Positions 13,001 to 25,550 of a DNA stretch of 64,000 nucleotides are shown here, piece after piece. Numbering within the stretch: the stretch's first letter is position 1; each line of letters begins with the position of its first letter. The DNA is from Psilocybe cubensis. Its lineage: Eukaryota. The DNA lies in NCBI GenBank assembly GCA_017499595.2, contig CM039008.1, positions 186,001 to 250,000 of the forward strand. Direction: 5' to 3'. The notes beneath the pieces were generated by a model that saw nothing but the letters and a program-made list of their open reading frames with translations, had not been told where the DNA came from and did no database searches. The position numbers were made by a program, and so were the translations under genes.

Positions 13001-14971
13001 CCTGAAGGGAAGATCTACGTGACAACAGATGCAAGCGATAGGCGAACAGGTGCAGTCTTGAGTTTTGGAAAAGATTGGGAATCAGCAAGACCAGTTGCAT
13101 ACGATTCATATCAGCTGAAAGACGCAGAAAAGAACTATCCAACACACGAAAAAGAACTCCTGGCAATTGTGAAAGCATTGAAAAAGTGGCGCAGCAGTCT
13201 TTTAGGGGTCAAATTTGAAGTCTACACTGACCACCGAACATTGGAATATTTTCAGGCGCAGAAAGAGATGTCACGTCGGCAGATGAGATGGTCGATGTAC
13301 ATGGCAGATTTCGATTTCGAGATATGTTACATCCGAGGGGAGGAAAATGTAGCAGCAGATGCCCTATCAAGGATGCCGGACGAAGAGCCAAATTCAAGAT
13401 TTGCAGCCTGTGCATTGGCCTATACACGGAACCCTAATCGCGCCCCAAGAGGATTTGTGGGATCAGTGTTATCTATTGAAATTGACCAGGAGTTTGTACA
13501 GGCAATAAAGGATGGGTATGATGCCGATCCGTTTGTTAAGCAATTTCGAGATGGAATGCAAAAGCACAGTCTAACAGGAGCACGAGAAGAAGAAGGGCTG
13601 ATTTATCTTGGACAAAGACTAGTAATCCCAAACGATAGGAAGATCCGAGAACGACTGTATTATCTGGCTCACGATGTTTTGGGTCATTTTGGATTTGACA
13701 AATCGTATGAAGCATTACACGGGTCGTACTACTGGCCTAACATGCGAAGAGATCTCGAAAAGGCATATATTCCTTCGTGCACGGAATGTCAGCGAAACAA
13801 AGACCGAACAACCAAACCTACAGGACCACTTCACCCACTTCCTGTCCCAGACAAACGACTCACGTCAGTTGCATTGGACTTTATTGGACCATTGCCCGAG
13901 GAGAAGGAACGCGACACAATACTCACGATGACTTGCCGTTTAGGTACTGATATACAACTGATTGCAACTCACTCCTCATGGACCACAGAACAAATTGCGC
14001 ACAAAGTTGTTGACCACTGGATTTGCGAAAATGGATTGATGGAAGAATTAATCTGTGATCGCGACACAATCTTTACATCAGATCTATGGACTGCAATATG
14101 CAAGATTTTGAATGTAAAGATCAAGATGTCGACCGCCTATCATCCAGAAACCGATGGAGCGAGCGAGAGAACAAATAAAACCGTCAATCAAGCAATACGA
14201 TACTATGTGGATAGAAACCAAAAAGGCTGGTTAGACAAGCTCCCTCGCATTCGGTTCGCAATGATGAACACAGTAAATGCATCGACAGGATACTCGGGTT
14301 TCCAACTGAAGACAGGTCGATCTCCACGGATTATTCCTACAATGGCAAAGGCAAACAAGGATGCACCAATGGTGGAAACATCAGCAAGAGAGATCATTCG
14401 GAAAATTGAGATCGATGTGAAGGAAGCGCAGGATGCCTTACATACAGCCAAGATCCGACAAGCAGCTCAGGCAAATGAGCAGCGAGGTAACGAGATCGTG
14501 TACCAACCAGGCGATATGGTAATGCTCTCTACAAAGAACCGGCGACGCAACTACAAACGGAAGGGGAAGAAAAGGGTGGCAAAGTTCATGCCACGGTTTG
14601 ATGGACCGTACGTTGTAGAGGCTGCCTTCCCCGAACGATCAGAATATACACTGAGGTTACCAAACAACCCAAAGACGTTCCCGGGGTTCCATGCCAGCCT
14701 TTTAAAACCATTCGTGCCGAATGATCCAGAGAAATTTCCGGACAGAGAATTGGTACGACCACCAACAGTGATAACCGAGGACGGGGTGGAAGAGACAGTG
14801 ATAGAGAAAATTGTGGATGCGAGAAAACGTGGTAGAGGGATGCAATATCTGGTACGATGGGCTGGATTTGGGAAGGAGCATGATGAGTGGCTTCCAGGGC
14901 GTATGCTTGAAGAGAATGAAGCACTGGATAGATGGGAAGAGGAAGAGGCCGAGGACAAAGAAGACGAATAA
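10037..14971 (+). CDS. Gag-Pol polyprotein (Gag, protease, RT, RNase H, integrase, chromodomain)
   Basis: Zn-knuckle-like CTKCRRFYVNHRARNC; protease LDTGS; RT YLDD; RNase H TDAS...ELLAIV...TDH; integrase HDVLGH...CTEC, DFIG, DRD and GPY; C-terminal chromodomain IVDARKRGRGMQYLVRWAGFGKEHDEW. The first in-frame ATG is ~10343, so the true start is uncertain. Confidence 0.95.
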   Translation: MPTLYTESSRTTRASTQRREELGLPSELVPGLTVFRKPRTEPQGPPPSPSASSVNLSFSDSATSNSEDEDHTDTHTPTAISNPIRDRRNRRNPRYPTVVRVKMPNDDDKPLATVVQNKMKDVPILTPGKIDPLVMQQWAVACRKYMKHAAKSPKEVVKFVADGMQEPRLVAWYQADSTRIDELPLEKYLEELQVLVLEKKWAHKVREQILTSYQGDRIFIDWKIEMENLNAILKTMAPEGYAFPNEALKIQLESHLNQELRESLGFEPVKATELAAWSLEVKDRDDRLREERARTQRQIDASYATRVAARRLDKKSLLLRLSDSPNPNPRPSNSEFDNGVRRPLLPKITAEERTLLDNHNGCTKCRRFYVNHRARNCPNGWPTANGYKTLTEEMALKAQREKDAKEQGTRKSLPVGQINASSSYTVHDEETDSDSYVPTMSMTVPHLFPVMEIEGPAVVDFPLRIRPMLDTGSPSTVIDETLVTQLGLPRYPLPPAEDNLSSIDNTPLECREYVKIRVASGNGSWISRTHKAKIHQNLSIPLLLGLSFLSPENIVIDTRKRTAIDKRSGYDLMNPPTRDTLAAKSTAICEGLKTDAGIDQDKQRRSAMAKEQHLRSQVEPESAKQLVAAINEQISNIQFQQKLLRMDKEMKEKYRDRFPDRLPDNVDIPDHIYHRIRLVDKDKIHAGRGYAAPKKYHDAWKKLLDEHLAAGRIRPSSSEYASPAFCIPKYKNGVPDLSVPPRWVNDYWEINKNTISDKFPLPRVDDILADCGKGKFFAKLDMTNSFFQTRVHPDDIHLTAVRTPWGLYEWVVMPMGGKNAPATHQRRMTDALRELIAQVCHVYLDDIVIWADTLEQLSERVEKVLKALRKAGLYCNAKKSVLFATEIIFLGHVISANGIHADPAKTDRIKKWPRPTNATNVRGFLGLTRYLAVFLPALAEHTSILSPLTSKECDRDFPKWTADHDRAFNAIKELVTGAECLTVIDYDDPEGKIYVTTDASDRRTGAVLSFGKDWESARPVAYDSYQLKDAEKNYPTHEKELLAIVKALKKWRSSLLGVKFEVYTDHRTLEYFQAQKEMSRRQMRWSMYMADFDFEICYIRGEENVAADALSRMPDEEPNSRFAACALAYTRNPNRAPRGFVGSVLSIEIDQEFVQAIKDGYDADPFVKQFRDGMQKHSLTGAREEEGLIYLGQRLVIPNDRKIRERLYYLAHDVLGHFGFDKSYEALHGSYYWPNMRRDLEKAYIPSCTECQRNKDRTTKPTGPLHPLPVPDKRLTSVALDFIGPLPEEKERDTILTMTCRLGTDIQLIATHSSWTTEQIAHKVVDHWICENGLMEELICDRDTIFTSDLWTAICKILNVKIKMSTAYHPETDGASERTNKTVNQAIRYYVDRNQKGWLDKLPRIRFAMMNTVNASTGYSGFQLKTGRSPRIIPTMAKANKDAPMVETSAREIIRKIEIDVKEAQDALHTAKIRQAAQANEQRGNEIVYQPGDMVMLSTKNRRRNYKRKGKKRVAKFMPRFDGPYVVEAAFPERSEYTLRLPNNPKTFPGFHASLLKPFVPNDPEKFPDRELVRPPTVITEDGVEETVIEKIVDARKRGRGMQYLVRWAGFGKEHDEWLPGRMLEENEALDRWEEEEAEDKEDE

Positions 14972-15023
14972 CGCCATAGAGAACAGACCCTTTCACAATG
15001 GAATTCTTCAGAGGGGGGAGGGG

Positions 15024-15322
15024 TGTAAGCCTGGAGACTTACCACACACGCAAACACGCACCGCAGGCGGACGCGCACAACAAAACGGCGCACAAACGCG
15101 AGCCCAGATTGGGTCTCGCTAATCAACTTACAAAGATATTGAGACCGAAAGACAAAAGGGAAACAAATGACCTTCGTTGCTTGACTAGAACGCTACGCAA
15201 CGAAGGTAAATATATTATAGTAATTTACTACACATCATGTATTGACTAGAACGCTACGCAACGAAGAGAGCGTTGTCCCTTCTGTTTCAGCGAGTGAGGC
15301 TGCCGATCCCGACAGCCTTCCA
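15024..15322 (+). repeat. 3' LTR of the chromovirus element
   Basis: Direct repeat of 9681-9979, preceded by the PPT GAGGGGGGAGGGG. Confidence 0.95.
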
Positions 15323-18300
15323 GTAGATCCGGTTGTGTGAAAGGATAATTAGCACTGTGGGAATCAGACGGTGCTCCGGACTCACCTCGCACGCCACAGA
15401 CCTTGGTGTGGCGTAGGTCTTTGTATCCATCAGATCCCTCAACCATTTCATGTCCTTGAATCAGTAGCTATCATCCCACATCGTACCATGTGCCCTACAA
15501 CACGATACTCCCCCTCTCCATGCGCATACATCGCACATTGGGCCCAATGTTCCGTTCTATATGCATTCACCGTCGACTGCACTGGCTATCTGGTGCGACA
15601 TGAGTAATAATGTCTGTAAATATGGTTTGAATGCTCTCATACCTGCCCTTGAAACTACCGTCCCTGTGTCTATAACCCTCCTCTGGTAATAAACCTCCCC
15701 CAGCGCACGAGCGTCCCTCGTTTCTGGATTGATAGGCTGTAAGACAGGTATTCATCCTGGGAATGAGGGACGGACTGTATCTCCTACTCGAATTCGTCTC
15801 CTGAGTGTGTAGACTGCGGTCGAGATGACATATGATGTAGGCGTAGAGGTGGGGGAATGTCGAATGGACCTTCCGAAATTGACAGAGGTGTTGTGATTGT
15901 CCGGATGGCGTATTTCTGAAAGAGGTCCACTCGTGTCCTGTGGAAGTAATGTGAGGTCGAATCGAAAAGGTAAGGCTAGGATAATGGGTACATGGATGGA
16001 ATAGACAGGGAGAGGAGGTCTCGACGTAGAAAGTGCTGGGAAGTTGCAATTGGGAAGGGAAGAAATAAAACGTACGCATACTGGAGTTAGGTAAATGTCC
16101 GCCTAAAGCTCTGTGTCATCACGGAGGAGCGCCTTTTCCATATATGACGAATCGGGATGGTAGGATGGTTTTGTGTGGAAGGTTGTTTGAAGGGAGCGAT
16201 TTCGTACGGTACAATTTTGGAAGTGCTACGGAGAAGGTCGTTGAGGAGAACCGGACTCTCTACACATATTGTTGTCCTGAAACGACCCAAATAGGTCAGC
16301 ACGTCTTTCAAAATTCGGGAATCGAGATAGAGGACAGAGAGTCAACCTACAAATTGGGCCACAGTCAAAATACAGATCGCCGATATTACACAGAAGCAGT
16401 CCGGGTGTCACTCAAGTATGTCTCAGCTCCTCGTAAGCAGGAAAGACAGAACGATACGGCCATGGGCCTTTCCCTGATTTAAGAACCAGCCGAACGTTGA
16501 CCACGCAACATAATCGCCAAGTTGTCGTTTAGGACTCCGCTTGAACATTGTCCCACGGTTGATGTGAGCACGGACCATTGTGGGAACTCTGACTTGGGCA
16601 GGAAATTGATGATCATGAGAAGGGATAGTGGGGATGGTATCAGTATGAAGGGAATCGTGTTGATCCAGTTTGTGTGTCTCGAAGTCGCAAGTGATATGAG
16701 TACGGAATGAATATTTTAAGTTGTTGGCTAAAAATGATTTCCAAGTTACTACCGCCAGTTTTAAGTATTGACGACTGGAATGTATTTGTGTCATTTAGTG
16801 AATCATGTCCTGTATCCAGATATCACCATCTCTAGTAAAAAATGGGGCCATCATATGTCTTTGAAATGTTAAAACGGAGGCCACATTCAAGGACCACCAG
16901 AGGATATTTAAAAAAAAACATAATAGGAATCTTCCAGAATGTTGGATAGCTAGGCACTGCTCATCATCGTGGCCATGAGATATACAATAATGATTTAATT
17001 TGCGGCCGGGTATTGTTGCAAATGTCACTATAACGTAATGTGGCCCAATTTTTCTTCATGCTTCTATGTAATTTTCGCAAGTACAAGAATTGTGGCCCAC
17101 TCTAATCAAGGCCGAAGGCCGGAGCAGTATATATACCCCAGCCATAATTCACTGATAACCATACCATTTATTGTACCCACATTTACTCATCGAGAGCTCA
17201 ATTGAAGACAGCATCGCATAATAAACATGCTCTGCAAAATCTTAACAATGACGAATTATTCGCCTCATATCGAGTCTACACCACGCTCGTCTTTCCAGAA
17301 GGTTTATCAATTGGCCACCTCATGTAAGACATCCCCCACTCTCGTTTTAACTCATCTAATGCCACATTTCTCTCATAAATTTATAGTCATATGAGTTGCA
17401 CAAAGGCTACTAGTGGCTTCTGCACGCCCCGAAACCTCCCCTTGATGGCAACAAGAGGTCATTTCAAGGCTGGCATATTTGCCATATAATCCATATGTGT
17501 ATCAACTTCACCCTTCAGGGTGGAAGCGTATAAGAGTTGAAGCCTTTCAAAGCACCCTTTTCAACCCGTCTCCACATGGCTTTGTACGAGAGCCGCACTA
17601 GTAGATAACAAATTTATGTAGTACTAAAATTTAAATCCATTCCCTGTTCCTCTATTCAATAAAGTCAATTGGTGGCGCCTTATTCAAATGCACCTTTGGC
17701 ACCAATTTGCGCACCTTCGCATGGTTCCATCTGTCTTTAACAAGCACACCACACCTGAAAATACGAAGTTGACTAAATATCAAAGGAAGCATTAGCTTGA
17801 AGCAAAATAACGTCCCCGTGGGAAGAGCCGGAAACCCGGAAACAGAACAATATCCTCCAGCTAGGGTTTCTAAACGTAGCACGGTAGAACCACACATATC
17901 CTGACTCCAGAATTGCCACCCTTGACTAGAATCCATCGGACATGTCATTTCTCTCTCATGAAGGGTTAAACGCAGAGACCCTGTCCGCAGAAACCCTGTC
18001 CGCTACTGTATACCGATTTGTGAAGAAGGATTGGAAACAGGGCAGGGGGTTAGTACATTGTCGATGTTATCAAAGTTATATCGGGCTGTGGTTAAAGGGT
18101 TAGAAGGTCATCACCTGTACAGCGGACTAGTCATGCAATTGAAGTGATATCGATATTCTATAACTGACATTCTCATCTGAGATATAAGACCCAACAATCA
18201 GCTGTACGACTACACATCTAGTAACCAATAATCCAAGTTTCAATTTCAATGCCCAAAGTAAGCTTCACAAGCTTATTCGACAGGTTTCATACACTGATAG

Positions 18301-19410
18301 TCGTATCGACAGCATATCCCAAGCGAGCACTACGTCGGGAAATCCTACGAAGTCACCAACAAAACATTCATACACCCAGAGATCGAACATCACGATCACC
18401 CCAGCGACGCCGAGCATTACTTGCTTCCAACTGTGTTTACCATTCAGAACGGCGCTTCTGTGCTGGCCAAGTATCCTGGTCCTGGCGTCTATCATATCAC
18501 AGAGGGTCAGTATCTCTGAACACGACGTTATTCCCTTCCCGAACTCATCAAAATGTGATTGTATCAAGGCGAATGCCTTCTTGAGTACGTCACCGAGCCT
18601 GTGCACAGTACCACTATCAGCGCCGGCTCTGTTATTCACGTCGAAGAGGGTGCATCGATTTGCTGGATCTGCGGGTCGCCTTCTGGAGTCAAAGGTACAT
18701 CGGAGTTTTGATTTATATTACCCACCGCTCACAACTACATAGGCTTTGCGGCGTTCCATGTCCCGGTGTCTGTCAAAGGCATTGACGATGATGAGCTGTC
18801 GTGGCTCTATGCAGTGCACAACACAATAAGCACCAGCAAGTAACCAATATCAACGAGGCTCGGTAGTTGCGAGGCAGTTTTGAGGAGCAACCTGGCAAGG
18901 GTTTCGAAGCTCTCTGACGAGTGATATAGAAGGGGAACGCAGTTACGAAGTGAAACGAAGTCAAACGAAGTTTACGCGGTACGAAGTGAGAGACAAAGTT
19001 CGGGGGATCCAAAATCTCCTTCATTCCCTGCGGTATCGCACTACATAAGACAAAATTGAACCTATTCGAAGTACCTTAAGGAATTATAGCAATAAAATCG
19101 GAACATGAAAAGATCCTTGGCAAATATCATTCCAAAACAAACCAAATAGCAAGGGGAACATGAATTGAAAAGACGAATAAGTCAGTATGTACCTGGCACG
19201 AGGTTCGAACGCCATATCAGAGGTGAAACGAAAGTGATCGAAATCTGTGAGGGTTGAATCGAAAGAATGGTGAACCCCTAAAGCCCGAGTATGCTCGTAT
19301 GCTTCGAAAGGTAGCTTCGAAAACCGTGGTAAGGTCAAAAAGTATGCGTTTTCAGTGGTCAGCGCAGTTCGATGCTCATCATCTCCTCCCTACTGAAATA
19401 TTGACTGTCC

Positions 19411-22400
19411 TCAGTCATCGTTGCGAGCCTCTGCCATTCGAAGTCCTGGATCATTAACATCCTCATCATCCTCGTCCGGATCAATTATATCTGACTGCTC
19501 CATTTCGCGTAGACGTTTGGTGGTGATGTCAAGGAGTTTGTCGAGAGGTGGAATGGTTATCGAAGTACGTGCGAAGTATGGAATAACGCGGAATGCAGCA
19601 GTGGGACGGTGGAAAGCGGTACCATCGAGCTCTGCAAGAATATATGCACCTCCTTTGTTGCGCGAGATGACGATGAAGGGGCCGAGGTATCGAGCTCGCA
19701 TCTTGCGATTGAGGGCCTTTTCAATGGCAGTGTTCCTGATGAGTACGAGATCTCCGAGCTTAAAATCGAAGTTGCGAATGGTGTGAGAATGCTCTGTTTC
19801 GAAGCGGACGGCGGCCTTGACTCGAGCTTCATAGACCTTGGTTCGAAGTTCCTCGAGGTGTTCGTGACGTTTTTGAAGACTGATTGCACGACGAGCTATA
19901 AGGTCAGTTGTGGAGAGAATAGAATCCGGAGGGGGAAGAAGATAGTTAGCCTCTGCAATATCAAAGGGGAGAAGGGGTTGAGTTCCTGTAAGTCCGAAAT
20001 ATGGAGAACACCCAAAGCAACGCTTGATGGTGACTCTCTCTGACCAAAACACTGAATGAGTACCCATGTACCATTTCGATTCATCACCATCTACAGATTT
20101 GAAGAGAGCCTGTCGAACATCGAAGTGCGCGCGTTCAACGAGGCCGTTGGCTTGCGAGTTATAACCCGAAATGCGAATGTGTCGAATGTTGTACTTCTTT
20201 GCGAGGTAGGCACAAGCTTTGATGATGGCTGGCCCGTTATCGGTGACGATTTCAAGGAGAAGTCCATATCTGCAGATGAGATCTCTAAAGATAAACTCTC
20301 CAACAGTCTTGGCTGTCTCTCGACGAAGCATGGCGTATTCTGGAAAGTGAATGAGTGAACATCGAGCCTGGATGATATATCGAAAGCCTCCTGCCGGGGG
20401 AAGAAACATAGTATCGAGATAGACCTTCGAAAACAGGGGTGCAGGCATAGCGACTGTTGGAGGAATTAAAACATTCTGGGTGCGTCGAAGTTGGCATAGA
20501 TGACATGTGCGAACGAACCAGGCAACGTCAGCAGCCATTAGAGGCCACCAATAGCGCTCGGCGATAATAGCGTTTGTTGCGAAGAAGCCTCGATGTCCAG
20601 TATCCTCATGGCCCGAAGTTAGAATGAAGAGTCGACGATGCTGGGGAACTACAAGCTTATGTTTTCCTTGGGGATCCTTGCGCCAGAGACGATTCGAATC
20701 AATGAAGAACTCCGTGCAATACCTGACGAAGGTTTCGTAGTTAGAGTCGGACATGTCCGCAGGGCGTTCGAGAGTGGAAAGCCAGTCTCTGACTTTATGA
20801 AGACGTTCATCGGCGAGTACTGCATTATCGGTTCGAGGCACGATGCGATACGAGTCTTCAGGGGCTTGATTATCTTCTTTGTTGATTTCGGATGCTGGTT
20901 GTGAGGTGTCGATGTCGTTGGAATATATGAGAATGGGCGGTTGGTGAATTCGAGCTGGGGAAATGGGATTAATCATGTGAACGAAACCATGGAGCTTGTC
21001 GATCCAGTCTTCGAAGTCATCTTCGGGTTCGGGCTTGTCGCCTGGCTGCTGAGGTCTTCGAGACAATCCGTCGGGTCCGTGAAACGCACCGGGAACGTGC
21101 ACAAGGGTGAAATGAAATGTTAGTATTGCGACGATCCACCTGTTGATGCTGGCCGAAGGGGCGATATCGGGATTTGCAAGCATGCCCTTGATGTACTTCG
21201 CATCAACCTCGACGATGAGATTTCGAAGGCCAATGAGATAGTGCTTAAGTGCTCTGAAGGACCTAAATAAACCATAGAGTTCGAGCTTGGGCTGAGAGAA
21301 GCGGGATTCACGGTCGTTGAGTGTGATAGATCCAAAGCGAGTGATGTAGCGGATCCGGTGGTCATTAACGTCGCACTGGCTGAGGATATTCCCAATAGCA
21401 ATGTTCGAAGTGTCGACTGATAGAATGACGGGTGCTCCTGACTCGTGGTTGAGGGGCCGAAGTGCGGGTGAAGCAAGAAGAGCTTTCTTGAGGTCTTCCT
21501 GGGCTGATATTTGATGTGGTCCGAATTCAAAAGGGGCATCCTTCCGAGTGAGTTTCGTGAGGGCATGTGCTCAATGTGCGAAGTTACGAATGAAGCGGCG
21601 ACAAACACCTATAGTCCCTAGAAAGGCTCGGACTTCCGAAAGAGAGAAGCATGGGCCCCACTTGACGATGACATCGACCCTCTTGGTGTCTGGAAGTCGT
21701 CCTTCGTAAGTGCAACGGTGGCCCAGGACCGTGATCTCAGGAGCACAGAGAGTTGACTTGTAGCCAGAGAAGGTGCCGCCAGAGTACTTCATGCGTTGAA
21801 CGATACGATTGAGACCCTCAAAATGTTCCCAAACAAATCTACGAATGCCGGAGTTGGCCTCAATGGTTTCGAAGTCACCATTTGAAGTAATGTAGCGTGT
21901 TTCGGGACCTCGAACAGGGACATCGTCGATGTAAGGAATGGTGTATTTAGGAATTTCAGGTCGAAGGATATATGTAACATCGTCATGGAAAATAAGAACG
22001 GAATTAGTCCACCCCATAGGGAGAGTGGTGAGTCAAAGTGCGCCGAAGGGGGTTTGGAAGGTAGTGAGGTCTCGGGATGATTCTGTGATGGCTCTTTCGT
22101 CATATCCAACGTAAAGGTCAAGCATTCCTCCGCAGGCGCGAGCAGCAAAGTGTTCAGCAACATCCTCAGTGAAAGGGGGAACTCCGGAATGAGCGATGGT
22201 GACTGCATTGAGGGGCTCGAGAGACTGTACTATACGAAGGGAAGTCCCATCCTTCTTGACGACGCAGAACCAGCGGGATCGATAGGACGAGTTGGATGGT
22301 TCGAAGACTCCGGCATCAATCTTCCTTTGGATAAGCTCGCAAACTTGCTTATGAATTCCTGGGGGTATGGGGATGTTTCGAAGTACCCAAGGCTTGTGTG

Positions 22401-23286
22401 CGATGACTGGAATTTCGACTGGAGGAAAGAAGTCTTCACGAAAATGACCACGCTCTGTATCATTCCATGCGAAGACGTCGTTATGGAGTGTCATAAAATG
22501 ATGAAGGAGGTCGCGCTCGGCAGGCCAAAGGAAGTTGAAGTCGTTAGCTTTATCGAATTGGTCACGGCGTTCGGTAGTGTATCGTCCTCGAGGCTCAAAG
22601 GGTGGAGGTTGAGTGCTAAGTGTAGGGAGCTTTTCGAGTGGGTCGCCTTTAATGTTACGGATGATTCGAAACCTTTCTGGAACCTTGGCAATTACGGGGC
22701 GAACCTTCAAGGCAACTGGTTTGTATTTCTTGCGGGCTAGAAACGAGGAGACATTGGGAGATCGAGATTTAGGGCGCGAGTAGATCTTTGGAGGGAATAA
22801 GGTTGCGATATTATGTTTCGAAACAAGAGGTGTTGCCGTCGAGTCTGAGATGTTAGGTTCTCCGTAAGGCAGAGAAGTCGATGGCATAGTCGGAATATTG
22901 TACATGGGAGAGGAAGTGGAATTCGAAGGTTCCGAGCTGATAGAAGATCCAGAGGGTAAAGAAGACGATGATGGCTTTGGTATGGTACAAGGAGGTTCTG
23001 GAGCAAGTAAAGAAGTTGTCGAGGAACTGGATGGGACTGCGGTCGAAGGTCTGGGTGGATTAGTGGTATTAAGAAATAGATTAGCGAAGGCCGGAACAGA
23101 CTTGAGATCAGAATTGACAGGAATGGAGAAGAGATCACAAGCAGTAAGATAAGATCGAGCGTAGTCTGGATTCGAGGAGTCTAGTAACTGGTAAGCTTTG
23201 ACATGAGGTTCACCGTGTTCGTTGAGGGTGATAGAGAATGCTATTTCGCCCTCGTGCTTATCTAGCTCCTCTATTCCCGAAAATTT
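19411..23286 (-). pseudogene. Pol (RT, RNase H, integrase) of the minus-strand Gypsy element, with internal stops
   Basis: RT segments SRWFCVVKKDG, LDLYVGY, LPMGW and YIDD; integrase HEDTGH...CHLC, TDNG, NGLVER and YLGPF; in-frame TGA stops at 22033 and 21571. Confidence 0.9.
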
Positions 23287-25550
23287 CCAGAATGGTGTTG
23301 GCACAAATGACTTCGGGGGGGACCGCGAGGAGAGGTCGGGACTGTCGAAACCTTTCCTGTATTGGGGTCGTGGACAGTGATGGTTTGGTGTTCGTTAGCA
23401 TAATTTCGAATGACACTTTCTATCAACACATCAAAGGGCCTTCCAAGCAGGATGTCGTATGCTGGAGCTCGAATAACGTGCACTTGCATGTAAAGTGTTA
23501 TGTCGCCGATGAGAAAGGGTACATTTCGAGCTAGTCCGAGAGATCTATCGACACTGCCATTAGCTGATTGCATTCGAAGCGTAATGGTAGGATCGTAGGT
23601 GATTCCGAGGTCGAGACAAACTTGTTCGGACATTGCGATGATTTGACTCCCAGGATCAATGATACATTCGACCTTCATGTTGTTGTCGATGAGGGGGAAG
23701 ATAGAACGAAGTGCAGCAGATTCCATTGCAACAACAAGGCGATTAGGATCAGGTTCTTCACCCGGTCGAAGGGAGCGATAGTAGGTTTCAAAATCGTCCT
23801 CGATGATTGTGGCTCCGATGGGTGGGCTTCGATGTTGACTGTTAGCAAGGGCATAGGTGCGGAGTGGAGGTGTGGAGGTCTGCTGAGTCTCGGGTGCGGA
23901 ATGTGACGCTTCATCTTCAACGAATGTAAGTTGGGCAGTTCCCTCCTTTGCATTGGGTTGACGTTTGGTGGTGGTAGCTTCGCGATATTGATTACGAACC
24001 TCTGGAGAAAGGGATAGAAGTTCGCGCTGAGTGATGGTGATGGGGGCATTGAGGGAACGGCTGTAAACGGACTCCGCAACCACAGGATCATGAATAGGGG
24101 GAAGGGTTCGATAAGCCGCTTCGGGTTTCTTGGGGTTCGCGGGTTTCGGAGCTGGTGCGCCTACGTTCCTATCACGGGGAGGGGCATATGACGCCTCCGG
24201 AACATTTAGATAAGGGTGTTCAGGGATGGGCGCTGGTGGCTGAGTGGGTGCAATAGGCACCGAAGGAGTTTGTGGTGGAGGTGACTGTTCACGAGTGACA
24301 GCAGGTGGTTCCTTGGACTGAGGCAGTGGCTCATCCTTGGGCTCGACAGCAGTATCTCGATTGCGCTGGGCACGAGTGCGAATAATGGGTGTGAAGTCAG
24401 GACCACGAGCTCGAAGTGCAAAGAGTTCTGCTTCGAGGGATGCGATTCGATCGGAGGCAGAGAGCTGATAAGTGGGTTGGAACGCAGTAGGAATTAGAAT
24501 GGTTTGCCCTGATGAGTTCGAAGTAGCAACAATTGAATGCATAAGTGTTCCTGTGCTAAGCTGATTGGGGTTTCGGCGGTGCCACTCGTCGATGCGATCC
24601 TTCAGGAGAGTGCCTGGAATGTCTCGAGGTACGAAGGAGTTTGAAGGGAGAACTACCTTGCCTTCGATGTTGCGTTTGCACTTGCCAGCACGGATGTACT
24701 CATCGACGTGCTCGCATTCACGAATGTAGTGATCCTTGCCACAGAAATTGCAGGCGCTGTTTGGGTTTCGAACACCGGTGGAAAAGGATGCAGCTCTAGG
24801 AATCGAACGGTTCTGACCAATGGCTTCGACAATGGACTTGGTAAATTCTGAGAGGATCGAGGTAAGGTTTTCAGCTTTGATTGTGGGTTCCGAAACGATA
24901 GATGGGGTGGTTGAAATGGCAGTTGCATTGTGATGTCCCAATGACGCTCCCTGAAGGACCCAATTCGCAGCTTCAAAGATTTCGTCCACAGTGTGAGGCT
25001 TTGCAGGATCGTGGTTGGGGTATTTGACTTGGAGGCGATTGGCAACTAGAAGCCAGAGCTGCGATTGGAATCCCCTGATGTAGAAGCGAGACTGTTCTAG
25101 AGAAAAGAGGTATTCTTTTGAAATGAGAAATGTGGATATAACAGTGAATTGTCAATGATAGTTGGCGAGATCCGAAATAGAATTAATGCCTAAACGCTGT
25201 TGGGTGCCAATGAGAAGATCGAGGTCCGTCATCGAATACTTCTGCTTGTCTGAAGCATCAGGATAGAGACCCTTTACGTCGTCCTTGAAGTCGACAAATC
25301 TCTTGGTGACGTCGGAAAATGATTTGAGAGTCTCCCAGATGTCTGCAGTATCAACATCAAGAAAACGAGTGGTGTGCTTCTTCATTTGCGTTTCGTCAGT
25401 GATCTGGGCACGTTCAAAGAGGAACTCAAGTTCGGCGAAATATCTACGAAGCTCTCGAGGCTTCAATGGATCGAACTGAGGTGCGGAGCAATCTCCTCGA
25501 GCAGGCATAGGAATTGGTGCGGGTACTGTTGCAGACATTGTTGAAGGCAA
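23271..25550 (-). pseudogene. Gag-protease of the minus-strand Gypsy element (internal TGA at ~25152)
   Basis: Gag N-terminus APQFDPLKPRELRRYFAELE; Zn knuckle CNFCGKDHYIREC; protease IIDPGSQI...ILLGRPF. Confidence 0.88.

Larger units (their letters stand above)
9681..15322 (+). mobile_element. Intact Ty3/Gypsy chromovirus LTR retrotransposon
   Basis: 299-bp LTRs at 9681-9979 and 15024-15322 (TG...CA, identical by eye), 5-bp TSD GTAGA (9676-9680, 15323-15327), polypurine tract 15011-15023, one uninterrupted polyprotein ORF. Confidence 0.97.

Noticed and set aside
15330..16420. Possible decayed gene on the minus strand beside the chromovirus
   Set aside because: Fragmented frames with no recognisable motif; I cannot support a call.
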